Origin: a virus
DNA: 64,000 nucleotides
Strand: one strand, 5' to 3'
Virus record (IMG/VR): IMGVR_UViG_3300011114_001049
Span: 1 to 64,000 of that record
Positions 27,908-35,710 of the stretch are shown piece after piece. Below the pieces are notes generated by a model that searched no databases, had not been told where the DNA came from, and saw only the letters and a list, made by a program, of their open reading frames with translations. Position 1 is the stretch's first letter, and each line of letters opens with the position of its first letter. A program made the translations under genes and the position numbers.

Positions 27908-28360
27908 ATGAAAAAGAAGATCGTCGTATTCAGATTCGGCTCGCTCGTCCCAACTAAAAGCGATGTGCTTGCAATGATGGATAAACTCGACATGCATCCA
28001 ACCGATGGAGAGCTACTTGGCTGTCCTATCCCTAATGGCGTGGCATCGCTCTTATACACAGACAAGAGCGTGGCCCAGGTCAAGCGGGCATTTGACGAGG
28101 CTGCTGCAGAAAACGAGGATAATTTGCCAATAATCATACTTGATGAGGCTGGTCTTGCGGGCACCACGCTCAACGCGATGGGCTTTGAAAGGTTCGATGA
28201 AATGAACAGAGTCTTCGACCTAGAGTTCAATACGGCCGAGGTCAGCAAGTCCTGTACCTTGAGTCTTGACGAGCTACTCGATCTAGTGGGTCAGGTGGGA
28301 GTAGGTGGCCTAGCCGAGGCGGAGTTCGCAAGATTAAAGGAACTAACCAATAACGCATAG
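27908..28360 (+). CDS. Hypothetical protein (C-terminal LSLDELLD...G..GL..AE)
   Basis: 150 aa after promoter 27871. Confidence 0.7.
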   Translation: MKKKIVVFRFGSLVPTKSDVLAMMDKLDMHPTDGELLGCPIPNGVASLLYTDKSVAQVKRAFDEAAAENEDNLPIIILDEAGLAGTTLNAMGFERFDEMNRVFDLEFNTAEVSKSCTLSLDELLDLVGQVGVGGLAEAEFARLKELTNNA

Positions 28361-28362
28361 GG

Positions 28363-28743
28363 ATGAGACACAGGACTCGAGTACGTTTCAACCTTGGTAA
28401 AGGAGGGAACTATATGAAGTGGAGAATCCTGAGACCCGACGGCTCAGTCGAATTTCTAGAACCCGCTAAGGTACAGTTGATCATGACCGGCTGTACCTTT
28501 AAGAACTCAAAGCGGGCGGCCCAAAAGATCTATGATGGTGCGAACAAGACTGTCTGTGCATGGGTGCTCTGCGACGAGCTAAGAGTAGAGACACCAGGCA
28601 GGCTAGTGGATACCTCACTAAGAGCTCAGTACAATCCGAGGGTAGCCCCCAACTGGACCGTGCTTGAGAGAGACGTCGACAACGGCAGCACTGGCAGGCT
28701 ACACACGATTGGTTCAAGGATTTACGTTACGGGTACCATATAG
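28363..28743 (+). CDS. Hypothetical protein
   Basis: 126-aa ORF. Confidence 0.7.
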   Translation: MRHRTRVRFNLGKGGNYMKWRILRPDGSVEFLEPAKVQLIMTGCTFKNSKRAAQKIYDGANKTVCAWVLCDELRVETPGRLVDTSLRAQYNPRVAPNWTVLERDVDNGSTGRLHTIGSRIYVTGTI

Positions 28744-28808
28744 TATAAATGGATTTTATCCAGTGATTATAATTTAGTATTATTAACTAAACCAATTAAA
28801 CCAGCAAT

Positions 28809-29891
28809 ATGATAGAGATAAGAGGAGGCCGTAAGGAACGCATCGTTCGCGAATGGTTTAACCAGAAACACGAAGGCAGGGTACCGAGGGCAAAGGTGCT
28901 AGAGCTCTATGAAGAGTTTGAGCTTAGCCAGCCCGACAGTGACCTGAGCTATGGGCTATTTAATGGTGTCATCAAGAAGCTTATGGAAGAAGGATACTCG
29001 GCCAGTGAGGTGCTAGAAGGGGACTCCGTAGTAGAGGCCCAGGTCCTGCTAGTCGAGGACATGGAGTTTCCTGACTTTGCACTGCACCGGACAGGCAAGG
29101 CAGTCGATCGACTCTTCTCAGACCACGAAGAAGGAGGAGGAGTCTACGGCGGTACGGTTAATATAGTCGTCGGCGAGTCGGGTGTCGGTAAGTCTACCGT
29201 GCTCTTTGATCTCTTGGCCTGTGTAAAGGCTAGGACACCAGAGACCCGGATACTCTATGTATCCAGCGAGATGACACGTAACGATATACTCTTCTATTAT
29301 CGCAAGTCACCGACAATCGGTGCAGTGCCTACCTTACTGCTTAACGATCACCTAAAGAGCGGTACACTGGCTAAGGTATTAGAAGACACCTTTAAGGGAG
29401 AGTGGGATATAGTGGTGCTTGATTCCTATCAAGACGCGGCGATCAAGCTGACTGAAGCAATGGGCTGGCGGCAGAAGCGGTCGGAAAGCTGGCTAACGGG
29501 TCTTATGATCGAGTCGGCTGAGACCCGAGGCACGGCTGTCTTGGCGATACAGCACATGACGAAGACCGGCCAGTATATGGGTAGTACCTACCTTAAGCAT
29601 GCTACCACCTCGATGTTAGAGATCAGGTTCGATCCAAATGGCGGTCGCTATCTTGAATTCTCAAAGAATCGTAGGGGCGGTAGTCAAGTAAACAGGCGAT
29701 TGTATTATGACCTCGATCCAGAGTATGGAGTAGTCTACGACGAGCTTCGTTTTGAAGACGAGTATGGAGTAGCTGAAGAGGAGCAGACTGAAGCAAAGGT
29801 AGTTGACTTCTGTGATATGGTAGACGTACCTGACGAGGTTAAACCCGATGGTATGAGTTATACTGAATGGATATTTGGTAAAGGAGGATAA
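28809..29891 (+). CDS. RecA-superfamily ATPase (RadA/Sms- or KaiC-like)
   Basis: Walker A GESGVGKST, YVSSE, Walker B IVVLDS, HMTK.G, SKNR. Confidence 0.85.
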   Translation: MIEIRGGRKERIVREWFNQKHEGRVPRAKVLELYEEFELSQPDSDLSYGLFNGVIKKLMEEGYSASEVLEGDSVVEAQVLLVEDMEFPDFALHRTGKAVDRLFSDHEEGGGVYGGTVNIVVGESGVGKSTVLFDLLACVKARTPETRILYVSSEMTRNDILFYYRKSPTIGAVPTLLLNDHLKSGTLAKVLEDTFKGEWDIVVLDSYQDAAIKLTEAMGWRQKRSESWLTGLMIESAETRGTAVLAIQHMTKTGQYMGSTYLKHATTSMLEIRFDPNGGRYLEFSKNRRGGSQVNRRLYYDLDPEYGVVYDELRFEDEYGVAEEEQTEAKVVDFCDMVDVPDEVKPDGMSYTEWIFGKGG

Positions 29892-29926
29892 GGAGTTTGG
29901 TTGCCCCCAAAGCGGGGCGTTGGTTA

Positions 29927-29953
29927 GAGGGAGTCGAGAGGCTCCCTTTTTTT
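29927..29953 (+). terminator. Rho-independent terminator closing the early module
   Basis: AGGGAGTC-GAGA-GGCTCCCT + T run. Confidence 0.85.
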
Positions 29954-30130
29954 GTCTCCCGTGCACGGGCGTGTCGCCGCGTCGCGCGATAGCCCAGGCT
30001 TGCACAGGTCTCTCGTCTCTGGTTAATTACCCCTGCCCGCCAGAGACCGATGCCACCCCGCTGCCATGGAGCTCGGAGGCCCCTGGAAAGCGGTACCTTT
30101 CCGGAAACTAGCGAACTGAAGAAAGTATAG

Positions 30131-30823
30131 CTACATAAGATCGCTAAGCTCCTGATCCTCCTTAACTGTAGGCTTGTCTTCCCAGTCGGGTACTATCTTA
30201 CCTGGATGCTGCACCTTCTCCCGCTTTCGGGGTACGGGTAGGGGATCCACTCCCAAGCTATCTAGTCGGTCTACTCCCGCCTTAAGCAGCAGGTTTACAA
30301 GATCTTTCTCTTGCTCGGCCTTATATTCGGGTACCTGGATGGCCCCGTTGATTACAACTACCTCTACTCCATAGTACTTAAACAGGGCGGGAAAGAGTTC
30401 CCAGCCCACCCTAGCTAACCTACATGGCGTCTCAACTATTACTACCGATACCTTCTTCTTTATTACATCCTGCAGCAACTCATGTAGTCCGGGTCTCTGC
30501 TCTAGACTGAAGCTTGTAGCCGGTGCCCAGTCTTCGTAGAGACGGTCGATCACTAGGCCTCTCACGGCAGACCAGCCCCGGATAAGCTCCTGCTGCCTGA
30601 GCATAGTTCCCCGGTCGGACTCCGTAGTCCCACCTACTCTGGTATAGACCACTGTCCAGTTCTCCTTTATAAGCTTCTTACCTACCATAGCCCAGACATC
30701 GTCATCCCAGTACAGTATCTGGCCGCTGGGCAGCTTTGTAGTCCGGAGTCTACCCCTGTCTGCGTATCGTCGGACTGTCGAGTAACTACACTTGAGTACC
30801 CCCATTGCTTCTCTTACCTTCAT
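30131..30823 (-). CDS. IS607 TnpA-like serine recombinase homologue (N-terminal MerR-type HTH), catalytic Ser replaced by Gly
   Basis: MKVREAMGVLKCSYSTVRRY...G HTH; YTRVGG in place of YARVSS; EDWA, RPGLHELL, CRLAR in place of DRLAR; no tnpB nearby. Confidence 0.85.
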   Translation of the reverse strand: MKVREAMGVLKCSYSTVRRYADRGRLRTTKLPSGQILYWDDDVWAMVGKKLIKENWTVVYTRVGGTTESDRGTMLRQQELIRGWSAVRGLVIDRLYEDWAPATSFSLEQRPGLHELLQDVIKKKVSVVIVETPCRLARVGWELFPALFKYYGVEVVVINGAIQVPEYKAEQEKDLVNLLLKAGVDRLDSLGVDPLPVPRKREKVQHPGKIVPDWEDKPTVKEDQELSDLM

Positions 30824-30850
30824 GTTTCTAGTATATTAGATTTATAGTCT

Positions 30851-30858
30851 TATTTATA
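30851..30858 (-). promoter_or_regulatory. T4-type late promoter TATAAATA upstream of the recombinase homologue
   Basis: Exact TATAAATA 27 bp before the ATG. Confidence 0.7.
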
Positions 30859-31401
30859 CTGGCCAAGCCTGTCCATTTGAGTAACCGCATGAGTAGCTGT
30901 GAGTACTTGGTAAGCGCTGAATAGCCTCGAGTACCACCGGAAGGGTCCCCAATCGGGACTCCGTAGTAAGATCCCACTAGTGAAAAGACCTTTACTGCTA
31001 CCTAGTTTATAGTCTGGGTGCAGACGGCGGCGGTCACCTGGCCTAGTCTAGGGTAGTCGGGTGTCCCTATTGGCTGGTGGTAGTCATGGGTTGGGTAACC
31101 TTGGCCTGCTTAAGGATCCTGTTTCCTGTCACCGGCCTGGGTCCTAGTCTGGTTCTCTATCTAGACTGTGTCTTCTCTTCTCTTCTTATCTAGTAGTATA
31201 GTATAGTTAGGTCTAGGTATCTAGATTAGGGGTAGTTCTATTACTACTAGGCTTACTGGTTTTTTTATTTTTTATTTAGTTATTGGCCGAGAGGTTACTC
31301 CGTAGTCCCATACGGTCTTCATAGTGACTTGGTGAATAACTAACCTAAAGAATACGGATTCTAGCCACAGGTAGAAATAAATAACTTAAAGAATCAGGAA
31401 C

Positions 31402-31890
31402 ATGAAACATATTAAACTATTTGAAGGATATGAGTTTGGCGAGGAGGCACCCTTCTCTATCACGATAGAGTTGACAGATGAGTTTAAAGAACTCACAAAC
31501 CAATCCAAAAATTCAGACGGAGCTAGAGGATACACTTCAATGGTCTCACCTATTACTCTAGTCAATAATGGAGAACATTATAACATGGTAAAGGTTGCAA
31601 CCATACCTTGGGATATCCAAAGAAATATTCAATTTGATTACTGGGCATCATATAGACCAAAGGCGGAAGAAATATATGTAACTCAATCCAGTGCCACAGC
31701 GAATGACTTGAAAAGATTAGATGATGCTGCTTATAGAGATGAGCTACGCAGCGGTCAACCGATTCTATCTGATACTGGGGAAAATGGTAACTCCCTATTC
31801 TCGCCCGGTTATTACTGTAAGTTTGAAAACGGATTTAAGGTTGGAGAGGTTGATCATAGAGGATATTTCAGAATAGTAGAGGTTAAATAA
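31402..31890 (+). CDS. Hypothetical late protein (MKHIKLFEGY)
   Basis: ATAAATAA at about 31377; N-terminal motif. Confidence 0.75.
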   Translation: MKHIKLFEGYEFGEEAPFSITIELTDEFKELTNQSKNSDGARGYTSMVSPITLVNNGEHYNMVKVATIPWDIQRNIQFDYWASYRPKAEEIYVTQSSATANDLKRLDDAAYRDELRSGQPILSDTGENGNSLFSPGYYCKFENGFKVGEVDHRGYFRIVEVK

Positions 31891-31941
31891 GATTATACCG
31901 TTGTTGAAACGTTTAGTTTAAGTTTAAAAAAATAGTTAAAG

Positions 31942-32550
31942 ATGGCTCTAGACACCAAAACACAAAGACTACAAGAATTAACTGAGGTTGCCCCAAAAAT
32001 ATCTGTCAAAATGGACATGGAGTGGTTGGGTTCAACTGGAAACACCGCTGATTTCCAGATACGTTTAACGAGCACCGGCACCGCACCCATTAAATTAAAT
32101 GCTCTGATTATTCGTGGAGTACACTCTCCAAAGATAACAACGGGAGCAATATCCTGGAAGGCACTAAACGACAATACTCTGCCGGAATGGTTAGGTTGGC
32201 CTAAAAAAGGAACAGATAACTTACCGTATATCTCAGGACAGCGAAAATTAAATTTCTCTTCAGCAACAAATATCTTCACCAATGAAACATCTCCTATCAT
32301 ACCAACTGGAACAGGAGTCGTAGTTGGAACCTTTAGGATTTCTACTTCAACTCAGTGGACTCCAAACAGCGACTTTGGTTTTGTATGGGAAGCGACAACC
32401 GGCGGAGTCGTTGGTTATGTAGAGTTCGAGAGGCCATCTACTACTTCAACACTACCAGTTGGGTTTCTGCATTACGGACCAATCACATCTAATGCGCTAG
32501 GTGGCTGTTTAACAGTATCGGCATCAGGTAAACAGCCATTAAATAACTGA
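31942..32550 (+). CDS. Beta-sandwich (Ig/cohesin-like) hypothetical protein
   Basis: 202 aa, Thr/Gly-rich beta pattern. Confidence 0.55.
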   Translation: MALDTKTQRLQELTEVAPKISVKMDMEWLGSTGNTADFQIRLTSTGTAPIKLNALIIRGVHSPKITTGAISWKALNDNTLPEWLGWPKKGTDNLPYISGQRKLNFSSATNIFTNETSPIIPTGTGVVVGTFRISTSTQWTPNSDFGFVWEATTGGVVGYVEFERPSTTSTLPVGFLHYGPITSNALGGCLTVSASGKQPLNN

Positions 32551-32577
32551 TCTGGTTTAATAGATTGAATTATGAGC

Positions 32578-32874
32578 TTACCGCTTTGGGCTTGCCGATG
32601 CTGCAAGTTCCTGCTGGTCAGAGATAAGTCTAGCCTCTATGCTCGCTAGCCTACGCTCGTCCTGACTGATCCTGTTCATTAGGGTTCTCTCAACCATGTT
32701 AATATCACGATTGATATCTCTAAGCAACTGTCGATTCTCTGCAGCCAGCTTTTGATTTTCATACACCTTTTTTTCTAATTGAGTTATCTTAACTAGGCAT
32801 ACCACAACTGAGGTAAATAAGAGTATTACAGCGGTCGTGAGCGTGCCTAGAACCCAAGCTTCTGTTTCTATCAT
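32578..32874 (-). CDS. Membrane-anchored coiled-coil protein
   Basis: N-terminal TM plus coiled coil. Confidence 0.65.
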   Translation of the reverse strand: MIETEAWVLGTLTTAVILLFTSVVVCLVKITQLEKKVYENQKLAAENRQLLRDINRDINMVERTLMNRISQDERRLASIEARLISDQQELAASASPKR

Positions 32875-32912
32875 GTTTTATAAATTTTTAAGCCAACTCA
32901 CTATTCTAACCG

Positions 32913-32986
32913 TGGTCCTTCTAGGAATCGAACCTAGCACCTACTGATTATGAGTCAGTTGCTCTAACCGAATGAGCTAAAGGACC
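32913..32986 (-). tRNA. tRNA with CAT anticodon, most likely tRNA-Ile2
   Basis: GGTCCTTTAGCTCA...CTGACTCATAATCAG...GGTTCGATTCC...AAGGACCA; anticodon arm GACTCATAATC as in bacterial Ile2. Confidence 0.9.
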
Positions 32987-32989
32987 TTT

Positions 32990-33325
32990 AAAAACCCTAG
33001 CCGTTTCTATTGATCAGATAGTCTTACTAGGGTGCGATAGCTGGTTATAAGGTTGTCTATGAAGGCACCGTCATGCACCCATAAATCAGATCCAATTTCC
33101 CAGTATCTGAAAAGGACCATCTAAGTGAGCAGATCTAACGGGATGCCCGATGGTCACCTGTCCTACGTTATCTCAACGCAGGGTGGTACTGTTATAAATA
33201 ATACAAGCTCCCACCTGCCTTCTTGTATTCCGCATTTAACTCTACAGTAATGCACCCGGTGCCACGATACTTAACTATCTGCACTCCCTCTAGCAATGTT
33301 AAGTTGCCGTATGAGCCAGTCTGTC
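32990..33325 (-). ncRNA. Unannotated ~330-nt structured RNA
   Basis: ORF-free, at least 8 complementary stem pairs, late promoter TATAAATA at 33327-33334 immediately upstream. Confidence 0.65.
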
Positions 33326-33343
33326 TTATTTATAAAAATTAAC

Positions 33344-33577
33344 CTAGTCCTCTTCATAATGATTAATAGACTTTACAAAATTATTATCTGCAAAGAGTTT
33401 GTAACAATCCCAAGTTCCTTTGATTGCATATTCAAAGTAACCGTAAGGATCATCAAAGGTCCCCTGTATCAGGGCATAGATTTTTGGATCCTCTTCTTCG
33501 TTTAGTGAAGAAACAAAACTCAAAAGTTCTGCCTTGTCTTCTGGTAATATACCAACATAAAATGTTATACTTTCCAT
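33344..33577 (-). CDS. Acidic hypothetical protein
   Basis: 77-aa ORF within the RNA cluster. Confidence 0.65.
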   Translation of the reverse strand: MESITFYVGILPEDKAELLSFVSSLNEEEDPKIYALIQGTFDDPYGYFEYAIKGTWDCYKLFADNNFVKSINHYEED

Positions 33578-33591
33578 AATCTAAATTTTTG

Positions 33592-33712
33592 TAGTCAGGA
33601 CAGGATTCGAACCCGCAACGATACAACCTTTATGACTTCTCGCGTCCAAGAGCTTATGGACCGTTGTGTTTTCAGGGTGTGATACCATTTTCACATTACG
33701 TATTACCTGACT
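33592..33712 (-). ncRNA. Oversized tRNA-like RNA (121 nt)
   Basis: Acceptor AGTCAGG/CCTGACT-A, T-loop GGTTCGAATCC, non-canonical middle. Confidence 0.6.
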
Positions 33713-33774
33713 ATGTTGAACTTGTAAAACCCATCCTTTGCAGGGTAAGGAAACTCGGTTCAGTGTTTTTTGCG

Positions 33775-33887
33775 TAGTCAGAACAGGACTCGAACCTGTA
33801 AATTATGTTACTGTGGTTCACTAAGATTACCCACACATTCGCATAACATTATTGTCTTAAGCGTGTCTACCATTCCACCACCTGACT
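33775..33887 (-). ncRNA. Oversized tRNA-Leu-like RNA (113 nt)
   Basis: Acceptor AGTCAGG/TCTGACT-A, Leu-type D arm GGTGGAATGGTAGACAC, T arm ACAGGTTCGAGTCCTGT, long central hairpin. Confidence 0.6.
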
Positions 33888-33948
33888 GTGTCCACTGTGT
33901 AGCATGCTAAAGCAAACTTTTTATATAGCGCACAGTGGATCGCTTTTG

Positions 33949-34020
33949 TAGCCCTGCCGGGAGTCGAACCCGACTTTCCAGGATGAAAACCTGACGACCT
34001 AACCGATAGTCGATGGGACC
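33949..34020 (-). tRNA. tRNA-Glu(TTC) with mispaired acceptor stem
   Basis: Anticodon arm TCAGG-TTTTCAT-CCTGG, T arm intact; acceptor GGTCCCA/CAGGGCT has 2 mismatches. Confidence 0.75.
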
Positions 34021-34035
34021 AATTTAAGCATTAAT

Positions 34036-34329
34036 CTATTCTATCAAGATAACATTCTCGATATATTTAGTCTCGATGGTAATCACCGAATCATTACAGG
34101 TATGTATACTACTGAAGCCAGAGGCATAGTTATTTACCCATTTACACTGTATAGTAGCATTGCCCCTTAGTTCAACTGTTGTATTACAGGCAGTATTTGG
34201 TTTTGACCATTGTACTATCACAACCACTATAAACCCTAACACAATTAGCAGTACTACAGTTATCAGGTAATTCTGACCTTCTTCCTTTCTTTTTAGTCTA
34301 CTAGTAAGACTATTTATTTTCCTTAGCAT
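34036..34329 (-). CDS. Membrane protein
   Basis: Single TM. Confidence 0.65.
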   Translation of the reverse strand: MLRKINSLTSRLKRKEEGQNYLITVVLLIVLGFIVVVIVQWSKPNTACNTTVELRGNATIQCKWVNNYASGFSSIHTCNDSVITIETKYIENVILIE

Positions 34330-34331
34330 AA

Positions 34332-34667
34332 TTATTCGATTCCATCTTCTAATTCCTTCTCAGCAAGCACCGAACCTAGAAACTGGTTTTCATTCTCCAA
34401 GAAAATGATGTATTCTTTCAGTGCTCTATTTCGGTATCTTTGTGATTTAATCTTCGTTAGCTGCTTCTCCATCTCTACTTTAAGCGAGTCCCCAGGTAGA
34501 GCTAACCACAAGGTATCTATGCGGGGATGTTTCATAAGACTATCGACTATCTTTTCTTTGTCCTTTACTATTTGACTAATCTTCCGCTCTGTTTGATTAT
34601 TGATAAAGATAGCAAACAGAGTTACGATAACAGTAGTACTAATTGTGATGATTAATATATTTTTCAT
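34332..34667 (-). CDS. Membrane-anchored coiled-coil protein
   Basis: N-terminal TM. Confidence 0.65.
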   Translation of the reverse strand: MKNILIITISTTVIVTLFAIFINNQTERKISQIVKDKEKIVDSLMKHPRIDTLWLALPGDSLKVEMEKQLTKIKSQRYRNRALKEYIIFLENENQFLGSVLAEKELEDGIE

Positions 34668-34671
34668 AATT

Positions 34672-35286
34672 TTATTTTTTATCTAGTTTTTTATATACGA
34701 TACACTGATCGTGTATTCCGCTCCAAGAAGCAATAGTTATCTCATCAATCTCTTCAAATTCAGAGTGTAACTTACTAAAGAATGAATCGTCACCCGTACA
34801 ACCACCAGCCGACTCGCCTACATAGATTAGTAGCTGACCTGGTGACATTGCCTCAGCAACATCATGAGCCATTGAAGTATCATATGGCGGCCATGCTAAG
34901 AATACAGTACGTTCCGGCCAGTGCCTAACTGCTTCGACTGCCGCTAACTCTTCTACTTTACAATAATACTTACCTCCTCTACACCAGCTATTAGAACTGT
35001 TTGGTTTAATATCGGTTGCAATTAAGTCTGCGCCTAGTTCTAAAGCTAAACTCTCAGTGTAACCATAACCGGCACCGACGGATACAACTGGCCCTAGTTT
35101 AACTAAGGCACGAACAAGTTCTCCAGAAGGAATATGCCATGACGTAGTCTTCTTAAAGTTGTCTCTGCATTCCCAATCCTCTATGAGTATTCGACGATCT
35201 GTGTCGGTTGAACCATTTGCCTTGATTCCACGGATAAGAACTTTTCTAATCTCTTCAGGTAATAATGTTATTGTGTCTAGATTCAT
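34672..35286 (-). CDS. Class I SAM-dependent methyltransferase-like protein
   Basis: VVSVGAGYGY motif I, LAWPPY, YVGE..GGCTGDD; start reassigned to MNLDT. Confidence 0.7.
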   Translation of the reverse strand: MNLDTITLLPEEIRKVLIRGIKANGSTDTDRRILIEDWECRDNFKKTTSWHIPSGELVRALVKLGPVVSVGAGYGYTESLALELGADLIATDIKPNSSNSWCRGGKYYCKVEELAAVEAVRHWPERTVFLAWPPYDTSMAHDVAEAMSPGQLLIYVGESAGGCTGDDSFFSKLHSEFEEIDEITIASWSGIHDQCIVYKKLDKK

Positions 35287-35296
35287 CTTCTTATTT

Positions 35297-35710
35297 TTAT
35301 ACAAACCAACCTGCGTGACTGGAGTCTTCAATTGCGGTGCTTGCCTGTTTAGCCAGGGTTTTTGTACCCGCTGTGAAGTTTCCTTTGATCCTAAACTTAT
35401 CCCATCGCCAACCCATCCACTCAATCTCAACACCCTTTATCAGGAAAAGCCTAGTTCTCTTTGCCCAACGTGAGCCTCGATACTCAGCTAAAAGCAGTAG
35501 CCTAAGCACAAAGGCTGGACACAGTAGCGGTCTTACTTTTCTATCGAGTCTACTGTAGAACTCAAAAAGCACTGCATGCTTTCCAGTAAGCAGTCCATTC
35601 TCGTCTAGTCTGTAATAAGCCTTTCCAAGATAACAAAATTCTTTGCCTTTTGCTGGTATAAAGCACTGGACTAAATCCAATTTAAAGTTTTCTTTTTTAT
35701 TAGTTCTCAT
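35297..35710 (-). CDS. Hypothetical protein, partly similar to 38386-39006
   Basis: YLG...RPLLCPAFVLRLL...W.WDKFRI vs YLG...KPKWCTRWFLRFL...WKTKWQDYDLRI. Confidence 0.65.
   Translation of the reverse strand: MRTNKKENFKLDLVQCFIPAKGKEFCYLGKAYYRLDENGLLTGKHAVLFEFYSRLDRKVRPLLCPAFVLRLLLLAEYRGSRWAKRTRLFLIKGVEIEWMGWRWDKFRIKGNFTAGTKTLAKQASTAIEDSSHAGWFV

Larger units (their letters stand above)
12572..31305 (+). repeat. Dispersed polar 9-mer ACTCCGTAG (at least 14 copies)
   Basis: Starts 12572, 13563, 14643, 15878, 16765, 18553, 20155, 23057, 23888, 25600, 29023, 30619, 30958, 31297; none seen on the minus strand or outside this span. Confidence 0.9.

Noticed and set aside
10577-30048. Synthetic Golden Gate construct implied by the many BsaI sites
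   Set aside because: Sites are often degenerate (TGTCTC, CGTCTC, AGTCTC, GATCTC), embedded in diverged natural repeats, and there are no vector or marker sequences.
30131-31330. Intact IS607 transposon
   Set aside because: No tnpB, no recognisable second end, and the catalytic Ser is missing.
32990-33325. tmRNA, RNase P RNA or group I intron identity for the structured RNA
   Set aside because: I could not find tRNA-like ends with a tag ORF, the RNase P GAGGAAAGUCC core or intron P7 motifs; left as unknown.
33714-33765. Small ribozyme between the tRNA-like RNAs
   Set aside because: Short pairings exist but no convincing hammerhead or twister consensus by eye.
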